Below are positions 15,143 to 22,507 of a stretch of 38,939 bases of DNA, piece after piece. Below the pieces are notes generated by a model. The model ran no database searches. It worked only from the letters and a program-made list of their open reading frames with translations, and was not told the DNA's origin. The stretch's first letter is position 1; every line of letters starts with the position of its first letter. Location of the stretch: contig CAXBAL010000001.1 in assembly GCA_963973475.1 (NCBI GenBank), forward strand, positions 1 through 38,939, written 5' to 3'. Position numbers and translations under genes: made by a program. Source of the stretch: an uncultured Micavibrio sp. Its GTDB lineage: Bacteria > Pseudomonadota > Alphaproteobacteria > Micavibrionales > Micavibrionaceae.

Positions 15143-16084
15143 ATGACACAGCTTGATTATTCAAAATTCAAAACAGAGATAAACTTGACCCAGTATGCCG
15201 CGCATCTAGGCTATGAGATAGACCGTAAGAAAAGCACACGCTCATCCATAGCCATGCGAAAAGACAGCGATAAAGTTATAATTTCAAGGCGTGGCAATCT
15301 TTGGGTTTATTTTTCGGTCACAGACGATAGCGACAACGGCACTATTATCGACTTTGCCGAGAAGCGCACTCATAAAAGCATTGGCGAAATTGGGCGCGAC
15401 CTGCAAAACTGGATTGGCGGCGGCGTCTCACTGCCTCATGCAAAAAGCTATGTGCGAGAGGTTGCCCCTCAAGAATATGACCCCGCACGTATTGCTGGAA
15501 TTTTTAAAGCCTTAAAACCCGTCAATAAACACCGTTATTTGGCCAGCAGAGGGCTTACAGATGCCCTTTTGACAGAAAGACGGTTTGCAGGGCGCGTTTT
15601 TACAGACCGCTATCAGAACGCCGCATTTCCGCATTTTAAGGATGGTCAGGTTTGCGGGCTTGAATTGAAAAACCACGATAAAGCACTTTTTGTCAGGGGA
15701 AGCGAAAAAACTCTTTGGCGCTCATATGTTTTCAAGGATGACAATACACTGATTTTGGCAGAAGCCGTGATAGATGCATTGAGTTACCATGCGCTATATC
15801 ATAGGGAAAAAGCTGTCTATGCTGCTACAGGGGGTGGGTTATCGCCAGAGCAGGGAGAAATTATTACGGCTTTCATCTGCGATTTTGAAGCTCTGGAACA
15901 CATTATCATTATTCCCGACCATGACCAAGGCGGCGAAAAGTTTGAAAAGCGCATCCGTGAAGCCATCGAGTTATCGAGCTTTAACGGATTGTGTGAAACG
16001 CACAGGCCATGCCTAGAAGGGCAGGACTGGAACGATGTTTATAAGGACACACCCGAAAAAACTGGAAAAATTATGCATATATGA
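15143..16084 (+). CDS. DUF3991/Toprim-domain protein (primase-like conjugative protein)
   Basis: 313 aa. The Toprim acidic motifs are LILAEAVIDALS and IIIPDHDQGGEKF. A GGGGAGG Shine-Dalgarno is present. Confidence 0.75.
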   Translation: MTQLDYSKFKTEINLTQYAAHLGYEIDRKKSTRSSIAMRKDSDKVIISRRGNLWVYFSVTDDSDNGTIIDFAEKRTHKSIGEIGRDLQNWIGGGVSLPHAKSYVREVAPQEYDPARIAGIFKALKPVNKHRYLASRGLTDALLTERRFAGRVFTDRYQNAAFPHFKDGQVCGLELKNHDKALFVRGSEKTLWRSYVFKDDNTLILAEAVIDALSYHALYHREKAVYAATGGGLSPEQGEIITAFICDFEALEHIIIIPDHDQGGEKFEKRIREAIELSSFNGLCETHRPCLEGQDWNDVYKDTPEKTGKIMHI

Positions 16085-16133
16085 TACAATTATTGTATTA
16101 TTTATGCTTTAAAACTGTTTTATGGAGGTAAAA

Positions 16134-16394
16134 ATGCCCAATATTGATTTAGGTGATCCGTATGAATCTTACGTCAAAGGTTTAATTGGATCAGGATTAT
16201 ACAGCACTTATGCCGAAGTGGTTAAGGATGCTTTACGCCTTCACATGAATAATGAAACACCTTCAAAACAAATGGCTTTTATTCATAGCGCTATTTTGGA
16301 AGGAGAAGCCGATATTCAAGCCGGTCGCACGAAAAAATATTCGCCCAAGATGCTGGATAGTATGACAGAGGACGTTTTAAAAGAAGATGTCTGA
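16134..16394 (+). CDS. parD: ParD-family type II antitoxin
   Basis: Sequence: NIDLGDPYESYVKGLIGSGLYSTYAEVVKDALRLH. The ATG at 16134 is preceded by GGAGG. It overlaps the toxin gene by 8 nt. Confidence 0.75.
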   Translation: MPNIDLGDPYESYVKGLIGSGLYSTYAEVVKDALRLHMNNETPSKQMAFIHSAILEGEADIQAGRTKKYSPKMLDSMTEDVLKEDV

Positions 16395-16695
16395 AAACTA
16401 CCAAATTCAATTTTCCGCGCGCGCAGAAAAAGATTTCAAATCTATTCAGCGATACACGCTCAAGACCTATGGTGAAAAGCAGGTCTGGATTTATACAGGG
16501 ATGCTGAAAGAAGCTTTACGAAAACTCGAAGAAAACCCGAAATTATATGGTCATATGCGCCCTGATATTCCACAGATCTATCGCGCTTACAAAATTGGCG
16601 AACACAGCCTGATTTATCGTATCGAAGACCGAACTGTTTATTTAATTGCTATATTACATGGTAGCATGGATTTTACCTCTCAACTCAAAACCTAG
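16387..16695 (+). CDS. parE: ParE/RelE-family type II toxin
   Basis: 102 aa. It is a typical ParE (A..D...I..Y ... YR.Y..G.H.I.YRIED..V.I..ILH) and is translationally coupled to parD. Confidence 0.75.
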   Translation: MSENYQIQFSARAEKDFKSIQRYTLKTYGEKQVWIYTGMLKEALRKLEENPKLYGHMRPDIPQIYRAYKIGEHSLIYRIEDRTVYLIAILHGSMDFTSQLKT

Positions 16696-16810
16696 ATTTA
16701 CAGTGTTGCAATAATGCTGACGATTTCCTTTTTTTGGAAATTATCGACCAAACAGCCTTATGCCTTTCAAGATTGGGCAATTTAACTGACCTGCCTTCGC
16801 CTATGCTTCA

Positions 16811-16868
16811 AGAATAAATTTCCCCTTTTCGCGTTCGCTCAAATTCCTCGCGGGAGCAAATTTATTCT
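16811..16868. repeat. 11-bp perfect inverted repeat AGAATAAATTT / AAATTTATTCT with 36-nt GC-rich spacer
   Basis: The arms are at 16811-16821 and 16858-16868. The palindromes GACGCGTC and GCCGGC follow. It sits in the intergenic region between parE and the DUF736 gene. Confidence 0.35.
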
Positions 16869-16959
16869 GTGACGCGTCGAAGCCGGCCAGTGAATTTTAT
16901 GCCATCGTAAAAGGGCAATATGGTGTTGCTTTGGTGATAATCAAGAAAAGGAAAATACA

Positions 16960-17265
16960 ATGTCAATTATAGCAAATATGAAAAAACAAGAGAATGGAAG
17001 TTTTGAAGGAAAACTGAAAACAGCAACCTTGAATCTTCATCTCAAATTACAGCCTATCGGTGATGCTGAAGCGAATGATAACAAGCCTGATTTCAGAGCC
17101 AAAATCGGAAGCTTCGAAGCAGGTGCAGGGTGGAATAAGATTAGCGATAATCAAAATCCCTACATTTCCGTTCAGATTGATGCGCCGGAATTCCCAAATC
17201 CGATTTACGCCAATCTGGTTCAAAAAGACGACCAGTATATTTTGATCTGGTCACGCCAAAACTAA
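16960..17265 (+). CDS. DUF736-family protein
   Basis: Pattern: ENGSFEGKLKT..L......PDFRA....FEAGAGWNK......PYISVQIDAPEFPNPIYANL...LIWSR. Confidence 0.8.
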   Translation: MSIIANMKKQENGSFEGKLKTATLNLHLKLQPIGDAEANDNKPDFRAKIGSFEAGAGWNKISDNQNPYISVQIDAPEFPNPIYANLVQKDDQYILIWSRQN

Positions 17266-17273
17266 CTCACTTT

Positions 17274-17300
17274 AGCCCCTCGCAAAGAGGGGCTTTTTCT
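17274..17300 (+). terminator. rho-independent terminator after the DUF736 gene
   Basis: AGCCCCTC-GCAAA-GAGGGGCT followed by TTTTCT. Confidence 0.75.
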
Positions 17301-17375
17301 TGTTCGAAATGCGCTCTTATCGGAAATGATGAGGGCGATTTTTGTGCTTTGAATCAACCACTATGCAGACCAGTA

Positions 17376-17404
17376 GATAGGGCATGTAGAGAGCGGATAG
17401 GGCA
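17376..17404 (+). promoter_or_regulatory. direct repeats GATAGGGCA x2, 20 bp apart (candidate accessory-protein binding sites near oriT)
   Basis: The copies are at 17376-17384 and 17396-17404, in the AT-rich region upstream of the relaxase gene. Confidence 0.3.
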
Positions 17405-17523
17405 GTATAAAATGTGACAGTGAAGTGCGTTTGGTAGATATTAGATTAATACAAGATAAAAGATATAAATTATATTTATACGAACTTATTGTTATTATTG
17501 TGTAATTTACACGTTTATAAGTC

Positions 17524-17552
17524 TTGTAATAAGGTAAAATAAATTGTATATT
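17524..17552 (+). promoter_or_regulatory. sigma70-like promoter TTGTAA-17 nt-TATATT upstream of the relaxase gene
   Basis: The hexamers are at 17524-17529 and 17547-17552. Confidence 0.4.
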
Positions 17553-17583
17553 AGGAGGGTGTAAAATTGCGTTTTTCACGTGA

Positions 17584-19656
17584 ATGAGAAAAGAAGAATT
17601 GATGTTTTTAGATCGGATCAGGGCTGAGAATTTTACGGGGAGCGATGGCGTTTCCCGGCCATTGATCGTGACCAGAGATAGCCCCAGAAAAGCGTTCTTT
17701 AAAAAGCTCAATCGTCATGGTGAGGTAAAGTCAGGACCGAAAAAAATCAAACGCAGATCGGGACTGATGCGCGGCAATTCATTTGCAGGTTTGGCATCGG
17801 CGCAGCGCGTTGTTGTGAAAATCAATCCGGTGAAGAACAAGACTAAGGGGGTTGGATCGGGCGCAAATTCCGGCGGCCAAAATCTCTATCATCACATCCA
17901 TTACATTAGCCGAAACAGGGCAGGTGAGGATGCTGAAAAAGCCATCCTGTTTGATGCTAAAAACGAGGGATTGGAGCGTCAAGATTTTTTCGAGTTATGC
18001 AAAAATGATCGTCACCATTTTCGGATGATCATCTCGCCGGAGCGGGGCAATGAGATCGAAGATTTTAGAGGCTATGTTCGGGAAGTGATGAAGCGTGCCC
18101 AAGGGGATCTCAAGACCAAACTCTCATGGGTGGCGGCTGTTCATTATGATACTGATGATGTTCATGCGCATGTGATCATTCGGGGCAAAGATGCGCGCGG
18201 TGAGGATCTGGTGATGGCTCGCGATTATATCGCATTTGGCATTCGCGCAAGAGCGCAAGAGATTGCAACCGAGTTATTGGGCGAGCGCTCAATCGAAGAC
18301 ATTCAAAAAGGATTGGAGAAGGAAGTGGACGCGCTGCGGGTCACTTCTTTAGACCGCTTTATTGAAAAGCAGGTTGGCGAAGATCAGGTGGTCGATGTCC
18401 GCAAAGACAATAATTTCGGTAAATCGGCGCATTATGAGTCTGTCCTGAAAGGGCGGTTGCGCTATCTGGCCTCAAGCGGCATGGCGGTCGAGAACCCTCC
18501 GGGGGTCTATACACTGAAAGAAGGGTATAGAGATGTCCTGGCCAGTATTGCCACGCGCAATGATGTGATTAAAAAGCTTTATGAGCGCGTAGAGGGCTTG
18601 GATGATCTTGAAGTCTATTCTCTAAAAGCCGGAGAGGGGCAGGTTATTGAAGGGCGCGTTTTGGATAAAGGGCCAGCCGATGAGCTTACAGACAAGAAAT
18701 ACATTGTTGTTGAAGCTCTCTCTGGCGGAAAGCATTACGTTCCAGTTGGAGAAGCCTTTAATTATGATGAGGTGAATAAGCGCGGCCTCGTGCGTGTTCG
18801 CCCATTCGATCATTCAACCGGTAAGGCCGATCACAATATCGCGCTGATAGCAGCCCAGAATGAGGGTATTTACGATATTGAGAAGCACCGCGCCTATATC
18901 GCTAAGGAACAGTCTTACATCGATGAGGACGTTCGAGAGCCTTACTTACAATCCCATATCAAACGGATTGAGACGCTTGTGCAAAATGAAGCGGCTACAG
19001 AATTAGGGCAGGGGCGTTATCAAATCCCTGATGATGTGATCGAAAAGGGCAAAGAGATCTCTGCCAAAATCAATGCGCGTGAGAAAAAGCGGTTCTATCC
19101 AAAGCTTGATATTCTTTCATCCCATGCACCGGAAGATATGGTGGATGCGAAAAAGAAGACCTGGCTGGATAAAGAGCTTTATAAGAGAAGCAAGGGAGAT
19201 CGCAGTATCACCGATCAATCTTTAGAAGCTGCGCTTCAAAAACGTCAGCAATGGCTTGTCGATAACAAACTGGCAATGATCCAGTCTAATGGTGAGTTTG
19301 CCATGAAGAAATCAGCAATGCGCGATCTCAGCGTCATGGAAGTTCATGAAGAGGGTAAATTCCTGGCCACAAAAGCCGGTCTTACCTTTAACGATCATAA
19401 AGTCTCATCCGATCAGGCTTATACTTATCTTGGTTATACCGAACTTGAAACAGGAAAATGGGCGGTTGCGATGCGCGGGAAAGAGCTGCAAATGGCGCGG
19501 ATTGATAAAGCCCCCGATCTTGAAAAAGGACAAAAGGTTCAATTTAATGAAATCGAGCGCGGACTATTCGAAATGCGCGCCGCCGAACAACAAAAACAGC
19601 AAGACAGGCAGCAATCATCACGCGGGCGTGATGATGATAATGAAATGGAGCTATAA
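17584..19656 (+). CDS. conjugative relaxase (VirD2/MobP-like nuclease domain with DUF3363-type C-terminal region)
   Basis: 690 aa. It has RVVVKINPV, HHIHYISRNRAGED, DRHHFRMIISPE and the histidine triad HYDTDDVHAHVII. An alternative start lies at ATG 17602 (MFLDRIR). Confidence 0.85.
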   Translation: MRKEELMFLDRIRAENFTGSDGVSRPLIVTRDSPRKAFFKKLNRHGEVKSGPKKIKRRSGLMRGNSFAGLASAQRVVVKINPVKNKTKGVGSGANSGGQNLYHHIHYISRNRAGEDAEKAILFDAKNEGLERQDFFELCKNDRHHFRMIISPERGNEIEDFRGYVREVMKRAQGDLKTKLSWVAAVHYDTDDVHAHVIIRGKDARGEDLVMARDYIAFGIRARAQEIATELLGERSIEDIQKGLEKEVDALRVTSLDRFIEKQVGEDQVVDVRKDNNFGKSAHYESVLKGRLRYLASSGMAVENPPGVYTLKEGYRDVLASIATRNDVIKKLYERVEGLDDLEVYSLKAGEGQVIEGRVLDKGPADELTDKKYIVVEALSGGKHYVPVGEAFNYDEVNKRGLVRVRPFDHSTGKADHNIALIAAQNEGIYDIEKHRAYIAKEQSYIDEDVREPYLQSHIKRIETLVQNEAATELGQGRYQIPDDVIEKGKEISAKINAREKKRFYPKLDILSSHAPEDMVDAKKKTWLDKELYKRSKGDRSITDQSLEAALQKRQQWLVDNKLAMIQSNGEFAMKKSAMRDLSVMEVHEEGKFLATKAGLTFNDHKVSSDQAYTYLGYTELETGKWAVAMRGKELQMARIDKAPDLEKGQKVQFNEIERGLFEMRAAEQQKQQDRQQSSRGRDDDNEMEL

Positions 19657-19658
19657 AC

Positions 19659-20078
19659 ATGGCCAAAACCAAACGGGTACAAAAGACAGTTTATTTTGAT
19701 GCGGAAGTCTGGGAAGCATTGGAAAAGCAGATGAAAGTCTCTCATAATCCCAATGTCTCTGCGATTGTGAATGATGGTTTACGCTATGCGATGTTTCCTG
19801 AACATCGTAATGACCGCGATGCTGATCTTGTGAAGCTCTATAACCAGTTTTCAGCGTCTTTGGCGATGCACCGGAAGAAAACAGCGCGTGATCTGGCCTT
19901 CATGCAAGAGCTGATCTTGAAATTTAGCCATGAGTTTTTTATGCACCATCCTTCCATTCCAGAAGACAGTAAAGCTCCGCGAGAAGCGGAGGCCAATGCA
20001 CGGCTTGATGCCTTCATGGAAAATATTGTGCGCAATATGTCTGAATTAAAGCCCCTATCGGATCGTGAAGAGGTCTAA
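19659..20078 (+). CDS. ribbon-helix-helix-like protein (candidate relaxosome accessory factor)
   Basis: The N-terminus KRVQKTVYFDAEVWEALEKQM...SAIVNDGLRYAM fits a beta-alpha-alpha RHH fold. The gene starts 2 nt after the relaxase stop. Confidence 0.5.
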   Translation: MAKTKRVQKTVYFDAEVWEALEKQMKVSHNPNVSAIVNDGLRYAMFPEHRNDRDADLVKLYNQFSASLAMHRKKTARDLAFMQELILKFSHEFFMHHPSIPEDSKAPREAEANARLDAFMENIVRNMSELKPLSDREEV

Positions 20079-20081
20079 TTC

Positions 20082-20381
20082 ATGGCATATAGACGCGTCG
20101 GCAATGATTTTATGGATGAAGAGGAATATGAATTCCACGCGATCGGCGTGTGGAGTTTCTGGGTCTTTATCGCTGCTGCGCTCTTCACCGGCTACAATAT
20201 TCAGGAGTTTATACCCGATGAGTGGCCAAAATGGGCGCGGTTTGCTTCGACTATTATTCCGGCAGTCATTGTTGGCGGTATTCTTGGCGCTCTTGGCATA
20301 TTCATCCGTATCGCATTTTTCTTTGCGCTCACTTGGGGCGTGATTGGTCTAGTTCTATATTGGATTTGGCAGAGTATTTAG
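20082..20381 (+). CDS. small integral membrane protein (about 3 TM segments), unknown function
   Basis: Hydrophobic stretches: VWSFWVFIAAALFTGY, IIPAVIVGGILGALGIFI and FFFALTWGVIGLVLYWIW. It is tightly packed after the RHH gene. Confidence 0.5.
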   Translation: MAYRRVGNDFMDEEEYEFHAIGVWSFWVFIAAALFTGYNIQEFIPDEWPKWARFASTIIPAVIVGGILGALGIFIRIAFFFALTWGVIGLVLYWIWQSI

Positions 20382-20458
20382 CCGATTTTGTTTGCCCTAT
20401 CCCTTGTAATAAAGTTTGCGAACATCTTTTTTAAAGGTTTTAGATGTAGAAAATTTAT

Positions 20459-20487
20459 TTGATATTTCTTTTAAATGATACTATAAT
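20459..20487 (+). promoter_or_regulatory. sigma70-like promoter TTGATA-17 nt-TATAAT upstream of hipB
   Basis: The hexamers are at 20459-20464 and 20482-20487. A TATC/GATA-rich sequence (TATCAATATATATCGATA) follows and may be the operator. Confidence 0.45.
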
Positions 20488-20506
20488 ATCAATATATATC
20501 GATAAA

Positions 20507-20833
20507 ATGAGAACTGCGGATATAATGGTATCACTTATAACACCAGCAAAAGCGCAAAAAAAGCTCGCAGAGCAAGCGCGGGCACGGCGCCTGCAAATGG
20601 AATTAACGCAGGAAGGTCTGGCGGAGCGCTCAGGTGTTGCATTGCCGACCCTTCGCAAGTTTGAACGCACGGGCGCTCTATCCCTGGAATCATTTCTTAA
20701 GCTTCACATGGTGCTTGGCGGATTGGAAGATATCCTTAAAGCTACGCAAATTAAAGAAGAGAGCTATTCTTCCATCGATGATGTATTGAAGTCAGATAAC
20801 GTACCTATCCGCAAGAGAGGGACACGCAAATGA
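20507..20833 (+). CDS. hipB: HipB-like XRE-family HTH antitoxin
   Basis: Sequence: LTQEGLAERSGVALPTLRKFERTG. It overlaps hipA by 4 nt (ATGA). The start could be ATG 20507 or ATG 20525. Confidence 0.75.
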   Translation: MRTADIMVSLITPAKAQKKLAEQARARRLQMELTQEGLAERSGVALPTLRKFERTGALSLESFLKLHMVLGGLEDILKATQIKEESYSSIDDVLKSDNVPIRKRGTRK

Positions 20834-22074
20834 AGAACTATCTCTCTGCAACAGAAGTAAGGGTCGGCATTAATTTTGGCGAAGGTGTTCAAACTGTAGG
20901 CAGATTAGCTGTACGGGAGCACAAGATTTATTTTGAATATGATAGCGCCTTTATAAAAAGCGGCATAGAGATATCACCGCTACGCTTGCCTTTACTATCA
21001 GGTGTTCAAAGTTTTGATCATGACCTTTTTGAAGGCTTGCCCGGTGTATTTAACGACAGCTTGCCTGATGGTTGGGGACGGTTATTGTTTGATCGTTTTA
21101 TAAGATCACAGGGAATATTGCCCTCAGATATAACACCGCTTGATCGCTTGGCGCATGTGGGGTCACATGCTCTTGGCGCACTTGTGTTTGAACCTGATCA
21201 CAGCGCAGATGATACACAAGGCGATATAAACCTTGATAACCTTGCCTCGCAAGCGCAAGAGGTTTTGGACGGAACGTCGGATGACGTATTGGCGGAACTC
21301 ATAGCCTTAAACGGATCTTCAGCGGGAGCAAGGCCAAAAGCACTAATCGGTGTAAACGAGAAAAGGGATCATATCATTCATGGTCTACATGATTTACCCG
21401 CAGGTTATGCACCATGGATGGTTAAATTCCCGAATAGTCAAGATGGGCTAGATGCCGGTGCAATCGAATTTGTATATGCATTGATGGCAAAAGAGGCTGG
21501 CATTACCATGCCTGATGTCCATCTTTTTCAAGCAGAGCGCGGCGCAGGTTATTTTGCGATTAAGCGCTTTGATCGTGATGGTGACAAACGATACCACATG
21601 CACACGGCTTGCGGATTGTTGCATTCAGATTTCCGCACACCTTCATTGGATTACGAAGATTTAATTGCGCTCACTGGTATGCTGACTCGCGATGTGCGTG
21701 AGGTGGAAAAGCTATATCAGCTGGCCGTGTTTAACGTGTTAGCTCATAATCGCGATGATCATTCCAAAAATTTCAGTTATTTGATGGATAGCCAAGGGGG
21801 ATGGAAACTTTCCCCTGCCTATGACCTCACATTCTCATCTGGCCCACGCGGCGAACAAAGCATGATGGTTATGGGTGAAGGTAAAAACCCTGATACAAGC
21901 CATCTGTTAAAGCTGGCAGATGAAGCGAAAATCAAAAAAGACCGTGCGCTTGAGATTATTGAGAGCACAAAATCTAGCCTGTCCAAATGGCCAGAGCTTG
22001 CAAAGCAATATGGCGTTAGTGATATGAACATTAAGCTGATACAAAGCAGAATATCGCAGGTGGCCGGAGAATAA
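20830..22074 (+). CDS. hipA: HipA-family serine/threonine kinase toxin
   Basis: 414 aa. N-domain: DSLPDGWGRLL. Kinase core: SSAGARPKA, FAIKRFDR, HNRDDHSKNFSYLM, LSPAYDL. Confidence 0.9.
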   Translation: MKNYLSATEVRVGINFGEGVQTVGRLAVREHKIYFEYDSAFIKSGIEISPLRLPLLSGVQSFDHDLFEGLPGVFNDSLPDGWGRLLFDRFIRSQGILPSDITPLDRLAHVGSHALGALVFEPDHSADDTQGDINLDNLASQAQEVLDGTSDDVLAELIALNGSSAGARPKALIGVNEKRDHIIHGLHDLPAGYAPWMVKFPNSQDGLDAGAIEFVYALMAKEAGITMPDVHLFQAERGAGYFAIKRFDRDGDKRYHMHTACGLLHSDFRTPSLDYEDLIALTGMLTRDVREVEKLYQLAVFNVLAHNRDDHSKNFSYLMDSQGGWKLSPAYDLTFSSGPRGEQSMMVMGEGKNPDTSHLLKLADEAKIKKDRALEIIESTKSSLSKWPELAKQYGVSDMNIKLIQSRISQVAGE

Positions 22075-22135
22075 AATAAGCGCATATTTTAATGTTACAA
22101 ATTCAAGCAATTGAATTACTTATAGGAATGAAAAA

Positions 22136-22498
22136 ATGAGCATTAAACCGATTAAAAATGAGCATGATTATGAAGCAGCGCTTAAGCGTATTGAAGAGTT
22201 GTTCGATGCTACGCAGAATACGGCTGAAGGTGATGAGCTTGAAGAGCTGATCACTTTGGTATCTGCTTATGAAGATGCTCACTACAATCTTGATGTTCCA
22301 GACAAGATTGAAGCCATCAAACACACTATGGAAGCCAGGGGCTTAAGAAAGAGCCAAAAAATGCGCGAAGTAAGCGAGAGCATTATTAAAGGTATGGAAG
22401 AAGCTGTTGGCTTCGCAAAAGGCGAAAAAACGGGATCTGTTGTTCATAGTGCAGATGAAAACAGTGTCCGCAATGCTCCGGTGAAGAAAAGTGATTAA
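22136..22498 (+). CDS. HigA-like antitoxin N-terminal domain fused to a non-HTH C-terminus (degenerate or hybrid)
   Basis: The N-terminus IKNEHDYEAALKRIEELFDA...EGDELEELITLVSAYEDAHY..PDKIEAIKHTMEARGL is typical of long HigA antitoxins. The expected HTH segment is replaced by unrelated sequence. Confidence 0.5.
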   Translation: MSIKPIKNEHDYEAALKRIEELFDATQNTAEGDELEELITLVSAYEDAHYNLDVPDKIEAIKHTMEARGLRKSQKMREVSESIIKGMEEAVGFAKGEKTGSVVHSADENSVRNAPVKKSD

Positions 22499-22507
22499 GG
22501 CATAGAC

